Shown: in pieces, positions 1 to 10,461 of the stretch | Position numbering within the stretch: the first letter of the stretch is position 1 | Layout: every line of letters starts with the position of its first letter | IMG/VR virus record: IMGVR_UViG_3300017963_005353 | Location: 19,526 to 83,525 of that record | Length of the DNA: 64,000 bases | Direction: 5' to 3' (one strand) | Source of the DNA: a virus | Made by a program: the position numbers and the translations under genes | Notes under the pieces: generated by a model | The model's input: the letters and a program-made list of their open reading frames with translations, nothing else | The model's database searches: none | What the model was told of the DNA's origin: nothing

Positions 1-12
1 GAAGAAGCCCGC

Positions 13-195
13 GTGCTGTCTGAGATGGCGTACAAGTACGACAAGGCATCCAAGACCTTGCGCTATCGCCCGCTGCCCATGCCGGCGTGGATGGCGGCCG
101 GTAAGGGGGAGCGCAAGACGTTCCGAATCCATAGAGACTACCTCCCCAAGGGAGAGGTCGTTGATCTGAGTAAGATGGCCCAGGGGAGCCGGTGA
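13..195 (+). CDS. 3' end of a tail-module gene (probably truncated by the window edge)
   Basis: Open frame from the window start; its stop overlaps the next gene; lies upstream of the chaperone and tape measure genes. Confidence 0.4.
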   Translation: MLSEMAYKYDKASKTLRYRPLPMPAWMAAGKGERKTFRIHRDYLPKGEVVDLSKMAQGSR

Positions 196-662
196 TGATT
201 TTCCGCAATGCACTGGCAAGGTTTCGACGCGCCAGAAACAACCACACAAATGGCTCGCCGTCCGTACAAATCGGCGACGAGCTCATCACTGTGCGTCCCC
301 TGGGCATCGAAGATACGATCAGGATCGCCATGCTGCTGGCCCCCTATCTGGTGAAATTTCAAAGCCACCTGCCACAGATAGCGACTGCGGTGGCCGGCGA
401 CAGGTTGCGGGTCTTGGGTGAGCGGTCCACGCTCCGGGCGTTCGTGGCGGCGATGATGGACGACACAGACCGCTTGCCCGGCGATGTGGTTAAAATGTTG
501 GCCCTTTTCCTGGGGCGCGAGCCTGGATGGGTGGCAGAGAACGCCACGGCCCATCAACTCGTGGCGGCCATACCGGCGATCGACAAGGCAAACGACCTGG
601 CCCGCTTGATTCACAGCACGGGGATGCTCGGCTTTGTCCCTGGAGATGACGACCATGGCTAA
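192..662 (+). CDS. putative tail assembly chaperone
   Basis: 156 aa helical protein immediately upstream of the tape measure gene; positional inference. Confidence 0.5.
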   Translation: MMIFRNALARFRRARNNHTNGSPSVQIGDELITVRPLGIEDTIRIAMLLAPYLVKFQSHLPQIATAVAGDRLRVLGERSTLRAFVAAMMDDTDRLPGDVVKMLALFLGREPGWVAENATAHQLVAAIPAIDKANDLARLIHSTGMLGFVPGDDDHG

Positions 663-3099
663 AAAAGGCGATACGGTCATTGAAAAACTGTTGGTCAGCA
701 TCGAGGCTGATATGGACAAGCTCCTGGAGCAAGCCAAAAAGGGCACTGAGGAAATCGAAGACGAGCTTGACGACATGGAGGGCAAGGGCAAGAGTGCGTT
801 CAAAGGCATAGGAGCCGCCGCTGCCAAATTTGCTGCCATTACCACCATCGTCCAAAAAGGACTTTCGCTCATCCTCGACACAATAGGCAAAGTTGCCAAG
901 GCGGGCATTGACTTTTTCAAAAACATGGTTGCCGAGGGGGTCCAGGCGAACATTGTTTTTGAGGACTATACCACACAGTTCACGACCCTGCTCGGGTCAG
1001 CAGACGCCGCCTATGAACGGATACGCGAGCTAACCATCTTTGCCGTAAAGACGCCCTTTGAACTGCCTGGTATTGTGGAGGCGTCTCGTGTGCTCCAGGT
1101 ATTCGGGGGAACCACACTGGCAACCGGCGACAACCTGACCATGGTGGGAGACATTGCGGCTGGCGTGGGCCGGGAGTTTAGTGAGGTTGCCTTGTGGGTC
1201 GGGCGTGTCTACGATGCCATGCAGTCAGGCCGTCCGTTTGGCATTGCTGCCTCACGGCTCCAGGTTATGGGTGCCATGACCGGCACCGCTCGCAACGAGC
1301 TCGAACGGATGCAGCAGGAGGGGGCAAGCGGGGCCGAGATGTGGGAGCGGTTCAACGAGCTCGTCGGCGACCGATGGGCGGGCAACATGGACCGGCTCTC
1401 TCGCACGTTGACCGGTCTCATCTCGAACATCAAAGACTTTGTGCAAAACCTGTTGCGGGTCGCCGGCCTACCCCTTTTTGAAGAACTCAGGGAGGACGCT
1501 GCCCAACTCCTGGCGGTGCTGGAGGAAAAGCGCCCCGAATTGGAGGCCATCGGGGAAGCGTTGTTTGAGATCGTGGCGAACGTGGCCGATTTCCTGGCGA
1601 CCGAGTTCATCGACCAGATCCAAAATCTTGACACCGACAACCTGCTCAAGATGACCGAGAGCCTGTGGAGTGCCGCCGAGCAAGCCCGGACCCTACTAGA
1701 GATCATCTTGCTTCTGGGAGAAGGGGTCAAACCGGTTGAGGCATTGGTGTGGGCATTTGATACACTTAACGATGCTCTAAGCCTGGCGCTAGAGCTCACT
1801 ACCGACTTTGCCAGGGCCACCATCGACGATGTGGATGTGTTGGCGCGGCTAGATGAGATTCTGGCGGAACACGATGCACGGGTTGAGGCACACAACAGGC
1901 GCAAGGAAGAGTCGGTTGAAGTTACCAAACAGGCCACCAAAGCCTTTGAGGAAGAGGCGGGCGCCCTGGAGCAGGTGACAGACGCCGAGCGGGATGCCAT
2001 CATGGGATTTGCCGAGAGCCTGATGGACCTGCAAGATGACGTCAACAAGCGGTTGGCCGACCTGGAGAAAGCCCACCTCAAGCGCATGGGCGAGATTGTA
2101 GCCGAGACCGCCAAGCGCAAAGCGGAGGCCCAGGCAGACGCCGAGAAAGACATTCTCAAGGTAGAGGAAGAGACACGGCGGGCGCGGGAGGAAGAGGCAG
2201 AGGACTATCACAGGGAGGAGCGCCGGTCAGAAGAGGACCACCAGACCGATATGCGCCGGCTCCGGCTTCAATACATGATGGACATGGCGGACGCGGTGCG
2301 AAGCCGGGACGCCAGGGCCATCGTGGAACTCCGCCGCAACTTCAAGGCGGAAAAACAGGAGCGGGAAGAGGACCACCGCACCCGCCAGCGACGGGAACGG
2401 GAGGACTATGAAAACCGGCTCCGGGACCTGGAGGAAAACGAGCGGCGGCGCAAGCAGGAGATCCAAGCCAGCCTGAGAGAGCAGCTTGCCGACCTGGACG
2501 CCGCCCAGCGGGAGGCGCTTGCCAAAGAGCGAACCAGCCACGCCGAACGTCAGGCAGAGCTCAACCGGGCCATGATGGAACGGTTGCAGACTATCGCCAA
2601 GGAATTGGCCGATGAGGACAGCATAAACGAGGAGGGTGCCCGCAAGATACTGGAGACACTCAACAAGACGTTTGGCGTGGGAGGGAGCATTGACGCTCTG
2701 ATGGAGGGCTTTGCTGCCCGGCGTCGGCAGCGCATGATCGTGCGCGTTACGTTTGAGCCAGAAGCGGCCACGCCCACAGTGTATTCCCCTCCTGCCAGTG
2801 CTGGCCCACCCGGATACAAGCAACCGGGGATGGGCGGATATGCTGGCAGTTTTCAGGCGGGTGGAGCGGTCATCGCCCGTCAACCTACCATCGCACAGTT
2901 TGGGGAGGTGCCAGAGCTGGCAACCTTCACGCCTCTGTCTCAGTTGGGCGGGGGACGGGGAGGTGCACAAACGCTCGACATCAACCTGAAACTGAGCGGG
3001 ACGGCTCCACCAGGTATCCGGAGTGCCGACAGGGACCACATCGCGGCCGTGCTCATGCAGGCCCTCCGCGAGTCGGGGGTTTTAAGGAGTCTGGGATGA
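655..3099 (+). CDS. tape measure protein
   Basis: ~815 aa; tape-measure motif (FTTLLGSADAA...FAVKTPFELPGI), long E/R coiled coil, C-terminal 'FQAGG...FGEVPE' motif; ATG 655 after GGAG. Confidence 0.85.
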   Translation: MAKKGDTVIEKLLVSIEADMDKLLEQAKKGTEEIEDELDDMEGKGKSAFKGIGAAAAKFAAITTIVQKGLSLILDTIGKVAKAGIDFFKNMVAEGVQANIVFEDYTTQFTTLLGSADAAYERIRELTIFAVKTPFELPGIVEASRVLQVFGGTTLATGDNLTMVGDIAAGVGREFSEVALWVGRVYDAMQSGRPFGIAASRLQVMGAMTGTARNELERMQQEGASGAEMWERFNELVGDRWAGNMDRLSRTLTGLISNIKDFVQNLLRVAGLPLFEELREDAAQLLAVLEEKRPELEAIGEALFEIVANVADFLATEFIDQIQNLDTDNLLKMTESLWSAAEQARTLLEIILLLGEGVKPVEALVWAFDTLNDALSLALELTTDFARATIDDVDVLARLDEILAEHDARVEAHNRRKEESVEVTKQATKAFEEEAGALEQVTDAERDAIMGFAESLMDLQDDVNKRLADLEKAHLKRMGEIVAETAKRKAEAQADAEKDILKVEEETRRAREEEAEDYHREERRSEEDHQTDMRRLRLQYMMDMADAVRSRDARAIVELRRNFKAEKQEREEDHRTRQRREREDYENRLRDLEENERRRKQEIQASLREQLADLDAAQREALAKERTSHAERQAELNRAMMERLQTIAKELADEDSINEEGARKILETLNKTFGVGGSIDALMEGFAARRRQRMIVRVTFEPEAATPTVYSPPASAGPPGYKQPGMGGYAGSFQAGGAVIARQPTIAQFGEVPELATFTPLSQLGGGRGGAQTLDINLKLSGTAPPGIRSADRDHIAAVLMQALRESGVLRSLG

Positions 3100-3464
3100 G
3101 CGGAACCTACAAATTGGACGGCGAGTTTTTCCCGGTCAACCCTATTGCCAAACGCTGGCGGCGTGAGGACGTGGGAAGCAGCGGAGAGGCGGAAACCATC
3201 TACTCCGGGTTTTGGCAAATCGAGCTTGATTTTCCCATGCTGGAAATGGAGGATGAGGCTGATTGGTTCTATGACAAATGGATCGCTGGCGGGTTGCATG
3301 AGGCCCAATTGCCCCATCCCCGAGATGGCACGCTGACCGGCTTCACGTCGGTGAATCTGAAGTCCTGGGAGTTTGAGTTCACCGACGTGGATGCCGATGC
3401 CTGGGCAGATGGGCCGCGCATGGTCTTGTCGCATATCAACATGGGAGCTACCGGGAACGTCTGA
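3096..3464 (+). CDS. putative distal tail / minor tail protein
   Basis: 122 aa beta-rich protein with ATGA overlap directly after the tape measure gene. Confidence 0.55.
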   Translation: MSGTYKLDGEFFPVNPIAKRWRREDVGSSGEAETIYSGFWQIELDFPMLEMEDEADWFYDKWIAGGLHEAQLPHPRDGTLTGFTSVNLKSWEFEFTDVDADAWADGPRMVLSHINMGATGNV

Positions 3465-6400
3465 TGCCTGAACTTTCACCACTGAGGTTTTACCTCATCA
3501 TTCACAAACCGGAGACCATCTTTGCCGGGCGGGTCAACGGGGACCCGACAGACCCTTACATGAGCATCACCTATGATGGCGTGACGACCAGTGCCGGACC
3601 CGTGGCCGGGCAGACCGTTTGGTTCGGCACGACGGCCGGCGGGCGCGAGCGGGGGATTCTCCGACTGCGAACGTCGAGCATTGCCACGGGCACAACGTCG
3701 GGCACCCTGAGCGTTGCCGAAAGCGACGACGTGGGGCCACAAATTGCAGACAATGACCACATCACCATCAAAGAGGAATTTCGCCTGTGGCCCATCTATC
3801 CCCGCGCAGTCCAGATCAGCGACGTGGATGCGGTGATGTATGAAGATTGGGATACCGTTTGGACCGACCAGACCGTTGACTGGCGACCGGTGGCCGTGGC
3901 AGGCCCGCCGGCGGTGGGTTGGCTAGAGGCCGGTCAGTGTGTGCTCCATTTTGTAGGGGATCGCTCTTTCGCGCTCGCCCCTGGAGCCACACTCAGCACG
4001 CACCTGTGGACCGCCGACGGGAGCGCGGAGGGCACCAGTGCCAGCCAGGGAACGACCGGCACGCCTGTGTCATTCACCTGGACAGAGGCGGGGGATTACC
4101 TGGTCAGCCTCCAGGAGACGGACAGCAATGCCAACGCCCAAACCAATTACACCAGGGCGTACGTGATCGATCCGGCCAGTCCCACCGACGTGGCGTTCGT
4201 GGACTTTGACGCCTACAACGACCACGGCGACCTGGAGGCGGGCGGTTGGGAGTGCTCGTTCACCGTGCGCGACGATTGCAGCATCACCGATTTTCCAGAG
4301 GGTGCCCAGGTCGTGCTCGTGGCCCGGGGCGACCTGACGACGCCGACCGCAAGCTGGCCCAACCGGGAGAACGTGCTGTTCGTGGGCTATCTCCTGGGCA
4401 ACACCGTGCGTCAAAATCCTGAGACGGGGCATGTCTCTTTCAGGGCAGGCACCATAGACGCGCTCATGTCGCAGTGTACCATGTGGCCGGTGAGCTTGAG
4501 AGACACCAAGGGACCATTTGAATGGATGACCTGCGAGAATCTCACGGTTGATCGCGCGTTGTCCTATCTGTGGCACTACCGGTCGACGCTCTCACTCATG
4601 GCGAGTATCCAGCGGTGCAGCTACACGCCAGAACTCGCTTCCCAGGACTTTCCACCTGAAAACCTGCTCGCTGCCACGCGCTCGCTGATGGAGGACGCCT
4701 TTGGGCGGGTGTGCTCCACACATCAGTCGGTGCTCTATCATTTCCTGGACCATCAGCTTATGCTCGATTCTGAGCGGGCAAGTGCAGTCACGCGCAAGAC
4801 CCTGAGCAAGAGTGTGTGGGTGGACACCGTGGACATTGAGGAGCGGGCGGATTACATGTGGCCTACGGACATTTTCAAAGCCAACGGTGTGTACTACCCG
4901 GGGGATGAGAGCAAGGTGGTGACGTTTTTTTCGGAAGCCCCTGGAGACGCGCCCAAAGCCTATGGACGGGAGGAAGGCAAGAGCGGGCTCATACTCGACA
5001 CACAAGCCAACCTCAACACCCGCTGCGGGCGGATGCTCGGGCAGCGGACACTGCGCTATCCCACCATGCGGGCTCTGTTTTTCAACGAGGGATCGTTCGG
5101 GCTCGCTCCCCAAGACGTGTTCCCGGCTAATGTGGAGCCGGCTGACAACTATCGGGGGCTGGATTGGGATCCGTCCCTGTTGGTGAAACGGGTCAATCGC
5201 ACGTTTGACAATGAGCATGGCTTGATCCGGGTCGAGGTGGAGTTTGAGCCCATCGCTACGGGCACGGCAGACGGAGCAACTGTGACCATGCCGGCAGAGC
5301 CTCCAGAACCGGAACGACCCAAGTGGGACGCCCCCCCAACGACGCCATGGACGCCCCCCGCAAACCCTATTGCGGAGGCAGCGGCTGCGGCTGATGGGAC
5401 CATGGGGCCATACTGGACCGACGATGGGGGTACATCGTGGGCAGCCCGCAATAATGGCCTGCTGACGACCCAATTGGATTTCAGTGATCTAATATGGGAC
5501 CCCTGGTGGCGGGACAAGACGGGCGGGCACAATCCGGAGCAGGCGATCGTGATCGGTTGCGGTGGGGGGTTCATTGCCAAAAGTGAGGATGCAGGCAAGA
5601 ATTGGGTAGACATGACGCCCAACCTGGGAGATCCGCCCAACAGTTGGGGAGACGCCACGGCCCCCACAGTCACGGACCTGACATTTGTGCAGATCCATGG
5701 CGACATTCACAACCGGGACATATTCTATGCCCTGGCGGAGTGGGAGAGCACCGGTTCAGCCTGGCGGGGTTGGCTTCTGTACACCGATGACAGTTTTCGG
5801 ACGGCCAGCTATACCGCCCTGAGCGCGTTGCCCTCCGGTTACGTTCCGGGGGCTACCTACACATTTGACTTCCCTACCAACGGGCAACAGAGTTGGGCGG
5901 CAAACTCAGCCTGGATAGCTGGGGCTTACCCCGACCCGACGTTTGTATATGCCGCGTCGCCCTGTGACAATGCCGTTCAATGGTTCCAAAACACTCAGAT
6001 CGCGGTTGGTGCAGATAACGAAAAACGCATCCCGATTTATTATCCCTACCGGATGACGTTCACCAGTTCGACCATTGAGTTTCGACGGCCGGCCAAAGCC
6101 CTGTTGACCGAGCGGGGTCGTTACCGATTATACACCAGTCCAGATTTGAGCACATGGACACAAGTGGGAACAACCCAGGGCACGCAAGGTAGCGCAATTT
6201 GCGAAACGCTGACGCTCAACGTGGCCGTCACCGGTTCCTATGTGATGGTGCACCACAACACCTATGGAAACCTTTGCGTGCCCGATGATGCGGTGCTGAC
6301 ATCCATCCAATTCGTAGACCTGACCATCGAGGGAGGTGTGGGGGCAGACATTCGGCCCATCCGCATGGACCTCGACACGGAGGCCGGGGCTCAACTCTAT

Positions 6401-7024
6401 GTGACTGTGTGGTATGATGACAATCTGTGCGTGCAACGCTGGAATGTTCCTGGGATGACCCTGGGAGGCACGGCCAGCTTTGGAGGGGCAACAGCAACGG
6501 AGCTTACAAACCGCACGAAATGGGTGGCCCCCCACTGCCCACACAAACCAGGGACAAGTGACTTTGGCGATCATCTTTATATCTACGGGCGGTTTGACCA
6601 CACAGGAGGCGTATCGCACCTGGCATACTCCACAGACAGCGCGGCGTCGTTTGCTCAAATCGGAAATTCTGCCTGGGGCACAGGCACGACCGCCTGGGTC
6701 GGAGCCCTGGAGACGCCGGCAGCATTGAACGTCTTGGCCTTTCTCAACAGCGTCTCGCCCGCCGAGCTTTGGGAAACGACCGATCACGCCGCCTGGTCCA
6801 AACTGAGCAACCTGCCTTTCAACGTGGACCCGGCCGGCGTCTCCAGACATTGGGGAAGTACCGCCGATCTGTTGATCGCCAACAGGGGGAGCACACCGGC
6901 CACCGGCACCGCAGCAGCGCAACAGGCCGACCCATACACGGGGGTTTGGACTGCGGCTGACGGGGCGAACCTGCCCAAAGCGGCTGACGGGGGCAGTGGG
7001 TTCCCGGCTATCGTCTGGGTATAA
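3464..7024 (+). CDS. large minor tail / hub protein with PKD-like domain and Asp-box (BNR) beta-propeller repeats
   Basis: 1186 aa; Asp-box-like motifs TDDGGTSW, SEDAGKNW, TDDSFRTA, STDSAASF; Pro/Thr linker; tail context. Confidence 0.7.
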   Translation: MPELSPLRFYLIIHKPETIFAGRVNGDPTDPYMSITYDGVTTSAGPVAGQTVWFGTTAGGRERGILRLRTSSIATGTTSGTLSVAESDDVGPQIADNDHITIKEEFRLWPIYPRAVQISDVDAVMYEDWDTVWTDQTVDWRPVAVAGPPAVGWLEAGQCVLHFVGDRSFALAPGATLSTHLWTADGSAEGTSASQGTTGTPVSFTWTEAGDYLVSLQETDSNANAQTNYTRAYVIDPASPTDVAFVDFDAYNDHGDLEAGGWECSFTVRDDCSITDFPEGAQVVLVARGDLTTPTASWPNRENVLFVGYLLGNTVRQNPETGHVSFRAGTIDALMSQCTMWPVSLRDTKGPFEWMTCENLTVDRALSYLWHYRSTLSLMASIQRCSYTPELASQDFPPENLLAATRSLMEDAFGRVCSTHQSVLYHFLDHQLMLDSERASAVTRKTLSKSVWVDTVDIEERADYMWPTDIFKANGVYYPGDESKVVTFFSEAPGDAPKAYGREEGKSGLILDTQANLNTRCGRMLGQRTLRYPTMRALFFNEGSFGLAPQDVFPANVEPADNYRGLDWDPSLLVKRVNRTFDNEHGLIRVEVEFEPIATGTADGATVTMPAEPPEPERPKWDAPPTTPWTPPANPIAEAAAAADGTMGPYWTDDGGTSWAARNNGLLTTQLDFSDLIWDPWWRDKTGGHNPEQAIVIGCGGGFIAKSEDAGKNWVDMTPNLGDPPNSWGDATAPTVTDLTFVQIHGDIHNRDIFYALAEWESTGSAWRGWLLYTDDSFRTASYTALSALPSGYVPGATYTFDFPTNGQQSWAANSAWIAGAYPDPTFVYAASPCDNAVQWFQNTQIAVGADNEKRIPIYYPYRMTFTSSTIEFRRPAKALLTERGRYRLYTSPDLSTWTQVGTTQGTQGSAICETLTLNVAVTGSYVMVHHNTYGNLCVPDDAVLTSIQFVDLTIEGGVGADIRPIRMDLDTEAGAQLYVTVWYDDNLCVQRWNVPGMTLGGTASFGGATATELTNRTKWVAPHCPHKPGTSDFGDHLYIYGRFDHTGGVSHLAYSTDSAASFAQIGNSAWGTGTTAWVGALETPAALNVLAFLNSVSPAELWETTDHAAWSKLSNLPFNVDPAGVSRHWGSTADLLIANRGSTPATGTAAAQQADPYTGVWTAADGANLPKAADGGSGFPAIVWV

Positions 7025-7026
7025 TC

Positions 7027-9495
7027 ATGGCAGACTATGAGGATCTGAGAACAGCATTGCGCTGGCTCCTGTTGAGCCAGGTGGCGCCGATGCCACGCTA
7101 CATGCGCGGCCTGCTCGGAAACGGGCAGGGCAAGGTCGCCGTTCCCGACCGGCCCGGGTTCTGCTACGTTCGCCCGTCGCGCTCGACCGACGACGTGATC
7201 GAGGTGTTCAACAAAGAGGTCTCAGGTGGAGATGGGACCCCGGTACTGGTGGGAGAACTGCCCTGGCAGCCCGGCCTCACCCAGATCGTGAGCGTGGATT
7301 GGGAGACCTACATACAGGTTGGTTGGGGCGATGGCTATGCTGGCGTTGCTCTCCACGGTAAGACCCACGAATGGAACGATGGGTTTGTGGGCACAGATGC
7401 CTTCAACGTGTTCAGGCGTCAAATTGCGCCCATGCGGACCTACCCTGTGGGGAGCGGTTCGCACTCGGTCAACATTGCTCCCTATGACTACATCTATGCT
7501 GGTTCGCCCATCTCGTGGTGCGGGCTACCCGGTCTCGACCTATCCCCGGCTGTGCCAGCAACAGGCACCGCCCGGCTCATGCTCACTTATCTGGACATGG
7601 AAAGCAATGTTGCCGGCGTGGTGACCGGTAGCATCGACGTGGATTCCGATGCCATAGAGCTTTCCCGCCCTGCCCTCCCGACTGGCACCTGGGCACCATC
7701 CGCTTACGTCAAACTCTATGGGGGGCAGCCCGGCATTTTGGAGCGGGACATTTCAGACGCCCGCCAGTTGTGGGCGGGTATGTCTGCTACGCCTTCCGGG
7801 CCGGCCGGTGGTGACTTGACCGGCTCCTATCCTAACCCGCTCGTCGTTGGATTAGATGGACAACCTATCCGCAGCACAACACCCGCTGAAGGCTACGGCC
7901 TGATGTATACGGGGAGCGCCTGGAGCCCCATCCCATGGCCGGGCACAACCGGGCCGGCCGGCGGTGACCTGACGGGCACCTACCCCAATCCGACTGTAAT
8001 AGGACTACAGACCTACCCGGTGCTCGACACTGTTCCGGCGGCGGGTTATGGTCTGATGTATACCGGTAGCATGTGGCGACCGATTCCCTGGCCGAGCGGT
8101 GGAGGGAGCCCCACAGGGCCAGCCGGGGGCGATCTGACGGGCACCTACCCCAATCCGCTTGTGGTGGGACTGTACGACCGGGAACTCTCGGCGGTTGCTC
8201 CCGGTGATGGGGATGCCTACATTTTCGATATAGGCACCAGTCTATGGACACCTGGCGACCACGGTGACCTGGGCGGCCTGGCAGATGACGACCACGCACA
8301 ATACCTGCTCGTAGATGGTACACGGGCCATGACCGGGGAATTGGAAGCGGATCTCGGGATCTCCATACCCACGGGGCAAGACCTCTGGCTCAACGATGGT
8401 GAGGATACGGGTATCGCGTGCCCTTCCCCGTATAACGACCGATTGCGCCTCACGATGGGCGGCAGCGGTATCGTGGATTTCTACGTCACCGGCTCCTATT
8501 TGCATGAGCACCTGCTGACCAACAGCGGCGGTTGGCAGTTGCGCGGTTATGATGCAGGCGGCAGCACGAAGCTCATGATTTTGGCACTTCCTGATACTAC
8601 TGTCCAGCTTCATTATGACGGGGCAACCAGGCTCAACACGTCTGCCGATGGCCTCCTGCTCCCGGCGACGACACGAATCGATTTCAACAGCAGCGACGAT
8701 AGCATCCGGGCGAGCGCCGCCGGTCAGTTGGATTTCGAGATCGCCGGCACGGACGTGGGATATTTTGAGGCAGACGGGCTCAACATCGAGGGTCGAATAC
8801 TCAAGACCGTCTGGTTTTTCCCAGGTCTGACGAGTGAATATGTAACCGGGCAATATTTCAACGATAACGATGCCTCTTACCCTGCCGGCTGGACAGAGGA
8901 TGATGCCGCAGCCGCAACCAACACCAACACATATTATGGATTCTGGTATTTGCGTGGGACATCGTCTGAAACGAGTTGGCAGTATAGCTATGATACGAGC
9001 TTTGATCTGGAGAACGATGCAGGGGCCAATGATTGGACTGCGTGGCTGTTTGGCCCGATTTTTTGGCAGGATGGGCAATATGGTGCCGACCTCGATTACC
9101 TGTTTGGCGTGTATGGTTCGACGGGCGGCGTCATGGACATCAACACATACAACCGTGTCCGGCTACATTGGGACAGCGGCACGAGCGTGTGGCAAATCCA
9201 AGGGGAGACACGGGCCGGGGCAACGGACAGCGAAACAGCCTCAGGTTATAGCACTTTCACTTTCTTGTTGCATCAGCCTATCTGGATAATAATGGTCATC
9301 CGGAACAACGCGGGGAGTAAGACGTGCAGGAACTATATCCAGACCGCCCCATTTGAGTACGTTGGCACCATCATGAGCAACGTGAATGAATCAACGACGT
9401 GGGGCAACCTGCACCTCATGTTGGAGATGGATCGTGGTGCGGGTATCAACAACACCCTGTATATCGGCATGTGGGACAGCTTCGATATGTCGTAA
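7027..9495 (+). CDS. tail fibre / receptor-binding protein
   Basis: 822 aa Gly/Thr-rich; three GPAGGDLTG(S/T)YPNP repeats; DHGDLGGLADDDHAQYL fibre motif; aromatic beta-rich C-terminal domain. Confidence 0.75.
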   Translation: MADYEDLRTALRWLLLSQVAPMPRYMRGLLGNGQGKVAVPDRPGFCYVRPSRSTDDVIEVFNKEVSGGDGTPVLVGELPWQPGLTQIVSVDWETYIQVGWGDGYAGVALHGKTHEWNDGFVGTDAFNVFRRQIAPMRTYPVGSGSHSVNIAPYDYIYAGSPISWCGLPGLDLSPAVPATGTARLMLTYLDMESNVAGVVTGSIDVDSDAIELSRPALPTGTWAPSAYVKLYGGQPGILERDISDARQLWAGMSATPSGPAGGDLTGSYPNPLVVGLDGQPIRSTTPAEGYGLMYTGSAWSPIPWPGTTGPAGGDLTGTYPNPTVIGLQTYPVLDTVPAAGYGLMYTGSMWRPIPWPSGGGSPTGPAGGDLTGTYPNPLVVGLYDRELSAVAPGDGDAYIFDIGTSLWTPGDHGDLGGLADDDHAQYLLVDGTRAMTGELEADLGISIPTGQDLWLNDGEDTGIACPSPYNDRLRLTMGGSGIVDFYVTGSYLHEHLLTNSGGWQLRGYDAGGSTKLMILALPDTTVQLHYDGATRLNTSADGLLLPATTRIDFNSSDDSIRASAAGQLDFEIAGTDVGYFEADGLNIEGRILKTVWFFPGLTSEYVTGQYFNDNDASYPAGWTEDDAAAATNTNTYYGFWYLRGTSSETSWQYSYDTSFDLENDAGANDWTAWLFGPIFWQDGQYGADLDYLFGVYGSTGGVMDINTYNRVRLHWDSGTSVWQIQGETRAGATDSETASGYSTFTFLLHQPIWIIMVIRNNAGSKTCRNYIQTAPFEYVGTIMSNVNESTTWGNLHLMLEMDRGAGINNTLYIGMWDSFDMS
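7798..8175 (+). repeat. three ~51-55 codon tandem repeats inside the tail fibre gene
   Basis: GPAGGDLTGxYPNP begins at 7798, 7951 and 8116; GYGLMYTGSxWxPIPWP occurs twice. Confidence 0.9.
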
Positions 9496-9509
9496 AGGAG
9501 AAAAAGGCA

Positions 9510-9905
9510 ATGAGAGCGACTATAACGCTCAAAGACCTTGAAACCATCTCAGGGGCACTGAACCGGTTGGCAGCGAAGGAACTGCCCATCCGGTTGGCCT
9601 TCAAGGTGTCCATGCTCATGAAAGCCTTCGGGCCGGGCATCCAGGCTTTCCAGGAGGCGCACACGGAACTGGTCAGCCGGTTCGCCACGCGCAAGCACAA
9701 CCAGTTGATCGTCGAAACGCCAAACATCCCGTTTTTCAACGCCGAGCGCAGTGCACTCTATGCAACCGAAACCACCGTCAAATTTGATCCCCTGCCCCTG
9801 GACGACCTGGTGGACAGCGGGATCACCATCTCGGCGATTGATTTGGGAGCCCTTGAGATGCTCTTGTCCACAGGGGAAGAAAAAAAGAAAGAGGCCGATG
9901 CCTGA
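9510..9905 (+). CDS. DUF1617-like protein following the tail fibre
   Basis: ATG 9510 after AAGGAG; 'LNRLAAKELPIRLAFKV' resembles the common post-fibre phage family. Confidence 0.5.
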   Translation: MRATITLKDLETISGALNRLAAKELPIRLAFKVSMLMKAFGPGIQAFQEAHTELVSRFATRKHNQLIVETPNIPFFNAERSALYATETTVKFDPLPLDDLVDSGITISAIDLGALEMLLSTGEEKKKEADA

Positions 9906-10458
9906 TTCAATCCTGGAGTTTCTGTCCAAAAACGGGCTCAACCTGCTGACCCTGGCACTGGTCCTGGTTTCGCTGTTCAAAGACCAGATCCGGTCATTTG
10001 TACAGTCACGTCTCGACCTGGCGACCAAGCAAAAGGAGCAAGAAGCGTCTGTGGAGGCCAAGGCATGGCAGCGCGTGTTTCAAAACGGGATGAAGGCAGA
10101 CGGGTACGTCGAGCGGTTATTGCTCCAGCAAGAGCACCACATGGCGCAAATGAGGGAGCGGGATACCCACATCGAACGATTGGCGACCATCACCGTGGAA
10201 GCGGTGCGAGACTCGGTTTCCGTGATGGACAGTGCCATGCAACAGCAGCAGGCGTCGAACCAGGCCATGATGACTATGTTGGCACAGTTCGAGGAAACCT
10301 TGATCTCCCTGCGGGAGCATACCGCCGCCATGGGGGTCGTGGTCAGCCTGTACTTGCACGACCGACAGGGCGTCACCTGGGACGAGCTTTTGGCAGCGGT
10401 AAGAAAAGACGAGACGATTGACCAAGGGGAAATCCCACAAACGGACAAGGAGGCATGA
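9898..10458 (+). CDS. membrane-anchored coiled-coil protein (holin-like)
   Basis: N-terminal TM (GLNLLTLALVLVSLF) then coiled coil; lysis-cassette position. Confidence 0.5.
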   Translation: MPDSILEFLSKNGLNLLTLALVLVSLFKDQIRSFVQSRLDLATKQKEQEASVEAKAWQRVFQNGMKADGYVERLLLQQEHHMAQMRERDTHIERLATITVEAVRDSVSVMDSAMQQQQASNQAMMTMLAQFEETLISLREHTAAMGVVVSLYLHDRQGVTWDELLAAVRKDETIDQGEIPQTDKEA

Positions 10459-10461
10459 CAA

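Noticed and set aside
192-662. Programmed -1 frameshift of the tail assembly chaperone
   Set aside because: No convincing slippery site with a downstream second chaperone ORF before the tape measure start.
7798-8175. Tail-fibre repeats as a CRISPR array or DGR template/variable repeats
   Set aside because: They are in-frame protein repeats with synonymous divergence; no adenine-specific pattern and no reverse transcriptase.
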